A DNA stretch of 37,751 nt from Tissierella sp. (GTDB lineage Bacteria; Bacillota; Clostridia; Tissierellales; Tissierellaceae): positions 1 through 37,751 of the forward strand of contig NZ_JBQDAA010000003.1 in assembly GCF_052089545.1 (NCBI RefSeq), given 5' to 3'. Positions 33,723-37,751 of this stretch are shown piece after piece. The notes below the pieces were generated by a model that saw only the letters and a list, made by a program, of their open reading frames with translations, was not told the origin of the DNA and ran no database searches. Made by a program: the position numbers and the translations under genes. The number at the start of each line of letters is the position of its first letter. Within the stretch, counting starts at the first letter, position 1.

Positions 33723-34988
33723 TTGGAAATAATAGTAGTAGAGAAGAGCCCTCCATTAAAAGGAAATGTAAGAATAAATGGAGCAAAAAACTCTGCACTT
33801 CCTATAATAGCAGCATCGTTATTAGGAACTGAAGATATAATATTAAAAGATGTACCAAACCTTAGAGATGTAGGGATAATATGTGAGGTTTTAAGAACAC
33901 TAGGATCAGAAGTAGAATTCTTAGATAAACATACTATAAAAATAAATTCAAATAATTTAAATAATTATAAGACTAGATATGACCTTATGAACAAAATGAG
34001 GGCTTCTTTCCTTGTAATGGGACCATTGTTAGCAAGACTTGGAAAAAGTCAAACTTCACTTCCAGGAGGATGTGCTATTGGAACACGCCCAATAGATTTA
34101 CACCTAAAGGGTTTTAAAGCACTGGGAGTTGATACAAATACAGAACATGGAAGTATTGACGCTGTAGTAGAAAAACTTTTAGGTGATAAAATATATCTAG
34201 ACTTTCCATCAGTTGGTGCTACAGAAAACATTATGATGGCAGCTACTATGGCTGAAGGAGAGACCATTATAGAAAATGCTGCTATGGAACCGGAAATTGT
34301 AGACTTGCAAAACTTTTTAAATAAACTAGGTGCTAAGATAAAAGGTGCAGGAACTAGTACCATTAAAATAAAAGGTGTAGAAAAATTGGGTGGTTGTACT
34401 CATAGAATTATCCCAGATAGAATAGAAGCAGGAACATTTTTAGTGGCTGCAGCTATAACTGGAGGAGATGTTATAGTAGAAAATGTCATAGCAAGTCATA
34501 TAAAGCCTGTAATTGCAAAATTAAAAGAAACAGGTGTGGAAGTAATAGAAAACGAAGATACTATAAGGATAATATCAAATGGAGAGCTTAAGCCTATAGA
34601 TGTTAAAACACTTCCTTATCCTGGTTTTCCAACAGATATGCAGTCTCAATTTATGGCTATGTTGACACTTGCTAAGGGAACTAGCCTTGTTGTAGAAACT
34701 GTATTTGAAAATAGATTTATGCATGTAGATGAACTTAAAAGAATGGGTGCCAATATAAAAATAGATGGTAAATCTTGTATTATCCAAGGAGTAAAAGGCC
34801 TTACGGGTTCACGTGTAAGAGCTACTGATTTAAGAGCTGGAGCTGCTCTTGTATTGGCAGGACTTGTGGCTGACGGGAAAACAGAAATAGAAGATATATA
34901 TCATATAGAAAGAGGATATGATAATATAGAAGAGAAATTTACAAATCTTGGTGCTAAAATATATAGAAAAACAGTTGAAGAAGATTAA
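33723..34988 (+). CDS. murA: UDP-N-acetylglucosamine 1-carboxyvinyltransferase
   Basis: GAKNSALP, PGGCAIGTRPID (Cys present), SVGATEN, PGFPTD, TDLRAGAAL. Confidence 0.97.
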   Translation: MEIIVVEKSPPLKGNVRINGAKNSALPIIAASLLGTEDIILKDVPNLRDVGIICEVLRTLGSEVEFLDKHTIKINSNNLNNYKTRYDLMNKMRASFLVMGPLLARLGKSQTSLPGGCAIGTRPIDLHLKGFKALGVDTNTEHGSIDAVVEKLLGDKIYLDFPSVGATENIMMAATMAEGETIIENAAMEPEIVDLQNFLNKLGAKIKGAGTSTIKIKGVEKLGGCTHRIIPDRIEAGTFLVAAAITGGDVIVENVIASHIKPVIAKLKETGVEVIENEDTIRIISNGELKPIDVKTLPYPGFPTDMQSQFMAMLTLAKGTSLVVETVFENRFMHVDELKRMGANIKIDGKSCIIQGVKGLTGSRVRATDLRAGAALVLAGLVADGKTEIEDIYHIERGYDNIEEKFTNLGAKIYRKTVEED

Positions 34989-35000
34989 ATCTTAAAGATT

Positions 35001-35034
35001 AAGAATGAAAATATAATATTTTCATTCTTTTTTT
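35001..35034 (+). terminator. Terminator after murA
   Basis: AAGAATGAAAATAT-A-ATATTTTCATTCTT plus T-run. Confidence 0.65.
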
Positions 35035-35044
35035 ATGTCCTCAA

Positions 35045-35075
35045 GTCATAAATACACATATATTTGAATAAGAAT
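35045..35075 (+). promoter_or_regulatory. Candidate sigma-E promoter of spoIID
   Basis: GTCATA-16 nt-AATAAGAAT resembles the sigma-E consensus; spoIID is sigma-E controlled in model sporulators. Confidence 0.4.
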
Positions 35076-35104
35076 ATATATATTAAGTTTATAAGGGGGA
35101 GAAT

Positions 35105-36187
35105 ATGAAACGACTTGGAGGATATTTACTTATAGTACTTACCATAACAGTTCTTATTCCATCAGCAATAGCTAAAAGTGTAGATATTGTAAGTGTTAAA
35201 AGTGTTTCAGAAGGAATAGGATTTGAAGAGGAAGATAGTCAGAAAATAGCACAAGATAAAATGGAAAAAGAGGCAAAAACTATTGAAAAGGTCAGTGTTC
35301 CTTTAAAAATAGGGAAAAAAGAATTTGAATATATAAATATATACAATGAAAAGAAGGAAAAAACTGAAAAAATTATATTGGACGAATATATAAAAGGAGT
35401 AGTTGCAGCAGAGATGCCTGCAAGATTTGATATTGAAGCTCTAAAGGCTCAAGCTATAGCAGCTAGGACATATGCTATAAACAAGAGCATAAGATTTGAA
35501 AAAGGCCATCCTAATCATTCGGGGGCTCCACTTTGTACGGGCGTACATTGTCAAGCATATCTATCTTTAGAAGATTTAAAAAAGGTTCACGGGGAAAAAT
35601 GGATAGATGATTATTGGGACAAAATAGAAGAAGCTGTAGATACTACAAAAAACCTTGTAATTATGTACAAAGGAGAAATAATAGAACCCTTATATCACTC
35701 TACAAGTGGAGGTATGACAGAGGACTCAATGAATGTATTTGCTACTAATTCACCTTATTTAAAAGCGGTAGAAAGTCCAGGAGAAGAAGATGCACCAAAA
35801 TTTAAAGATATAAAAACTATAACTAAGTCTGAGTTTGTAAAATTATTAAATTCTAAATTTCCTAAAGCAAAGCTTAAAGAAGAAGATTTTTTAAATAAAA
35901 TAAAATTAGTAGAAAAAACATCAAGTGGTAGAATAAATAAATTGTCTCTAAATGGTATAACGGCTGAAGGTAGGGATATAAGAGATATATTTGAACTAAA
36001 CTCTACTAATTTTAAAATTACTTTTGATGAAAAGTCAGGTCTAATAGAAATAGAAACACATGGATATGGACACGGTGTAGGAATGAGTCAATGGGGTGCA
36101 AATGTGATGGCTAAAGATGGGAAAAACTTTGAAGCGATATTAGAACATTATTATTCAGGTATAGAAATAAAAAACACTTCTAAATAG
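35105..36187 (+). CDS. spoIID: Stage II sporulation protein D (lytic transglycosylase)
   Basis: YIKGVVAAEMP, EALKAQAIAARTY, CTGVHCQAY, GYGHGVGMSQWGA. Confidence 0.95.
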   Translation: MKRLGGYLLIVLTITVLIPSAIAKSVDIVSVKSVSEGIGFEEEDSQKIAQDKMEKEAKTIEKVSVPLKIGKKEFEYINIYNEKKEKTEKIILDEYIKGVVAAEMPARFDIEALKAQAIAARTYAINKSIRFEKGHPNHSGAPLCTGVHCQAYLSLEDLKKVHGEKWIDDYWDKIEEAVDTTKNLVIMYKGEIIEPLYHSTSGGMTEDSMNVFATNSPYLKAVESPGEEDAPKFKDIKTITKSEFVKLLNSKFPKAKLKEEDFLNKIKLVEKTSSGRINKLSLNGITAEGRDIRDIFELNSTNFKITFDEKSGLIEIETHGYGHGVGMSQWGANVMAKDGKNFEAILEHYYSGIEIKNTSK

Positions 36188-36226
36188 ACAATTTCAATAG
36201 TAAGATAAAGTTCCTTTATTACTATG

Positions 36227-36260
36227 AAAAAGATATAACTTAATAAGTTATATCTTTTTT
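36227..36260 (+). terminator. Terminator after spoIID
   Basis: AAAAAGATATAACTTA-A-TAAGTTATATCTTTTT. Confidence 0.65.
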
Positions 36261-36271
36261 AATTTTTTGAG

Positions 36272-36300
36272 GTATTAAAAATAGTGAACTGGAAATAATA
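36272..36300 (+). promoter_or_regulatory. Candidate sigma-F promoter of spoIIQ
   Basis: GTAT-15 nt-GGAAATAATA matches GTWT...GGnnAnAnT. Confidence 0.55.
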
Positions 36301-36320
36301 GGTACTAGAGGTGATAGAAG

Positions 36321-37181
36321 ATGAAAGAAAAAATATTTAAATTTGTAAAAGAAAATGGATTCCTATTATTTCTATTTTTATGTGTTGGGGTTGTTGCTTT
36401 TAGTACGATTTACGTAGTAAATAAAGATTCTAATTCAAAAGGGAGAAATCTTTTAAGTCAAGAACAAATGGAAGATATTCCTAATCAGTTAAATGAAAAA
36501 GATGTTAAAAGAAATAAACCCAATACTAAAAAAGATGAAATAGCCAAAGAAACTCCAAAAAAAGAAACTCCACCTAATGAGGAAAATGTTAAAGAATCCA
36601 AAGAGGAAGCTCCTAAAAAGGAAGTTTCTAAAAAGGAAAACCTAGACTCTAATAAAGAAAAGAAAGAGTCCAAGCCTAAAGAGACTGAAAGTTCCAAAGA
36701 AGAATTAGCTCAAGAAACATTTTCGCAAGGGAATGCTCAAAAAGAGACACCCCAAAAGAAAAGTAAAGAAAGTCACAAAGGTTTTATTATGCCTATAAAA
36801 GGTGAGATAATGACTGAATTTACGGAAGATAGTTTAATCTACTCCGAAACATTAGATGAGTGGAGAGCACATACGGGGATAGATATTGCAGCTGAAACAG
36901 GAACAAAGGTTGTAGCACCTTTAGATGGAACAGTAAAGGAAATAATAGAAGATCCACTATGGGGCAAAGTAATAGTACTGGATCATGGAAATGGACTTCT
37001 TACAAAGTTTGCAAATCTAGGAGATACAAAGATGGTAAAGAAAGGACTGGATGTAAAAAAAGGAAACCATATAGCTGTAGTTGGTAAAACAGCAGATATA
37101 GAAATGTTAATGCCTAGTCATTTGCATTTTGAGACTATTAAAAATGGTAAATCTGTTGATCCTCGTTCTATTCCCCAGTAA
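36321..37181 (+). CDS. spoIIQ: SpoIIQ-like M23/LytM peptidase with N-terminal TM and K/E-rich linker
   Basis: N-terminal TM, low-complexity linker, HTGID and HLHFE motifs; located between spoIID and spoIIID. Confidence 0.85.
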   Translation: MKEKIFKFVKENGFLLFLFLCVGVVAFSTIYVVNKDSNSKGRNLLSQEQMEDIPNQLNEKDVKRNKPNTKKDEIAKETPKKETPPNEENVKESKEEAPKKEVSKKENLDSNKEKKESKPKETESSKEELAQETFSQGNAQKETPQKKSKESHKGFIMPIKGEIMTEFTEDSLIYSETLDEWRAHTGIDIAAETGTKVVAPLDGTVKEIIEDPLWGKVIVLDHGNGLLTKFANLGDTKMVKKGLDVKKGNHIAVVGKTADIEMLMPSHLHFETIKNGKSVDPRSIPQ

Positions 37182-37232
37182 AAATGCATAAGTATAGAAA
37201 TATATACCCAAAATCAAGAGGGGGTTATTGTA

Positions 37233-37487
37233 TTGAAAGATTATATAGAGGAGAGAACTTTAGAAATAGCGAAGTACATATTAGATGAAAAGGCTACTGT
37301 AAGGCAAGCCGCAGGTGTTTTTGGAGTAAGTAAAAGCACTGTTCATAAAGATGTAACTGAGCGCCTACCAAAGATAAACCCTCTTATAGCATCAATGGTA
37401 AAAGAAATTTTACAAACTAATAAGGCTGAAAGGCATATCAGAGGTGGTGAAGCAACCAAAAATAAATATATAGCCACAAATGAATAA
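37233..37487 (+). CDS. spoIIID: Sporulation transcription factor SpoIIID
   Basis: KDYIEER, ATVRQAA..FGVSKSTVHKDVTERL, RHIRGGEATK. Confidence 0.97.
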   Translation: MKDYIEERTLEIAKYILDEKATVRQAAGVFGVSKSTVHKDVTERLPKINPLIASMVKEILQTNKAERHIRGGEATKNKYIATNE

Positions 37488-37544
37488 TAAATATTTTATA
37501 AAGCTATATTTTTAAAAACTAAAGAACTAAAAGACTAGTAAGGT

Positions 37545-37605
37545 AATATGCTCCCTTTTGATAGATAGATTGAAGTAAAAATCTGTTATTAAAGGGGAGC
37601 ATATT
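37545..37605. repeat. Long imperfect inverted repeat, possibly an IS3/IS150-like left-end remnant
   Basis: AATATGCTCCCTTTTGATAGATAGAT ... ATCTGTTATTAAAGGGGAGCATATT. Confidence 0.55.
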
Positions 37606-37645
37606 TTGTGAAAAACAAGTATATTTATAATCAACTAATCAACAT

Positions 37646-37687
37646 AAAAAAGCAGCCATTGAATATTAATATTCAATGGCTGCTTTT
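37646..37687 (-). terminator. tRNA terminator (bidirectional palindrome)
   Basis: 40-bp perfect palindrome AAAAGCAGCCATTGAATATT/AATATTCAATGGCTGCTTTT about 12 nt beyond the tRNA 3' end. Confidence 0.8.
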
Positions 37688-37699
37688 GTCGATTCTTTA

Positions 37700-37751
37700 T
37701 GGTCGGGGTGAGAGGATTTGAACCCCCGGCCCCATGGTCCCAAACCACGTG
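37700..37751 (-). tRNA. tRNA-Pro(TGG), 3' part; 5' end outside window; CCA encoded
   Basis: Minus strand CACGTGG-TT-TGG-GA-CCATG...GGGGGTTCAAATCCTCTCACCCCGACCA: anticodon arm, T-loop GTTCAAATC, CCA. Confidence 0.93.

Noticed and set aside
37608-37721. 37-codon + strand ORF starting GTG after the hairpin
   Set aside because: Runs through the tRNA terminator and antisense into the tRNA; not credible as a protein gene.

Overview
AT-rich chromosomal segment of an endospore-forming Firmicute (Clostridia/Tissierellia-like, inferred from gene order and sporulation genes). Nearly all genes lie on the + strand. The backbone is the conserved pyrG ... fba-tal-glpX-rho-rpmE-DUF1385-prmC-prfA-sua5-ywlE-rpiB-upp-atp(ZIBEFHAGDC)-ywmB-murA-spoIID-spoIIQ-spoIIID region. 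It is preceded by a CapD/PglF-type dehydratase gene and ends in a partial tRNA-Pro(TGG) on the minus strand. Between pyrG and fba sits a ~10 kb accessory block: a divergent AddB/AddA-like nuclease-helicase pair, then a PucR-family regulator, an NCS2 permease and a biuret-hydrolase-like gene, with two apparent single-base frameshifts in this module. The most notable observations are: (1) a CTP synthase whose glutaminase nucleophile Cys is replaced by Ser, with concerted erosion of the glutamine/GTP motifs but an intact synthetase domain (candidate ammonia-only enzyme); (2) the putative biuret uptake/hydrolysis module; (3) an unannotated 29-aa membrane peptide gene with its own promoter, RBS and terminator, divergent from pyrG. 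All family assignments are from motif recognition by eye; no searches were run.
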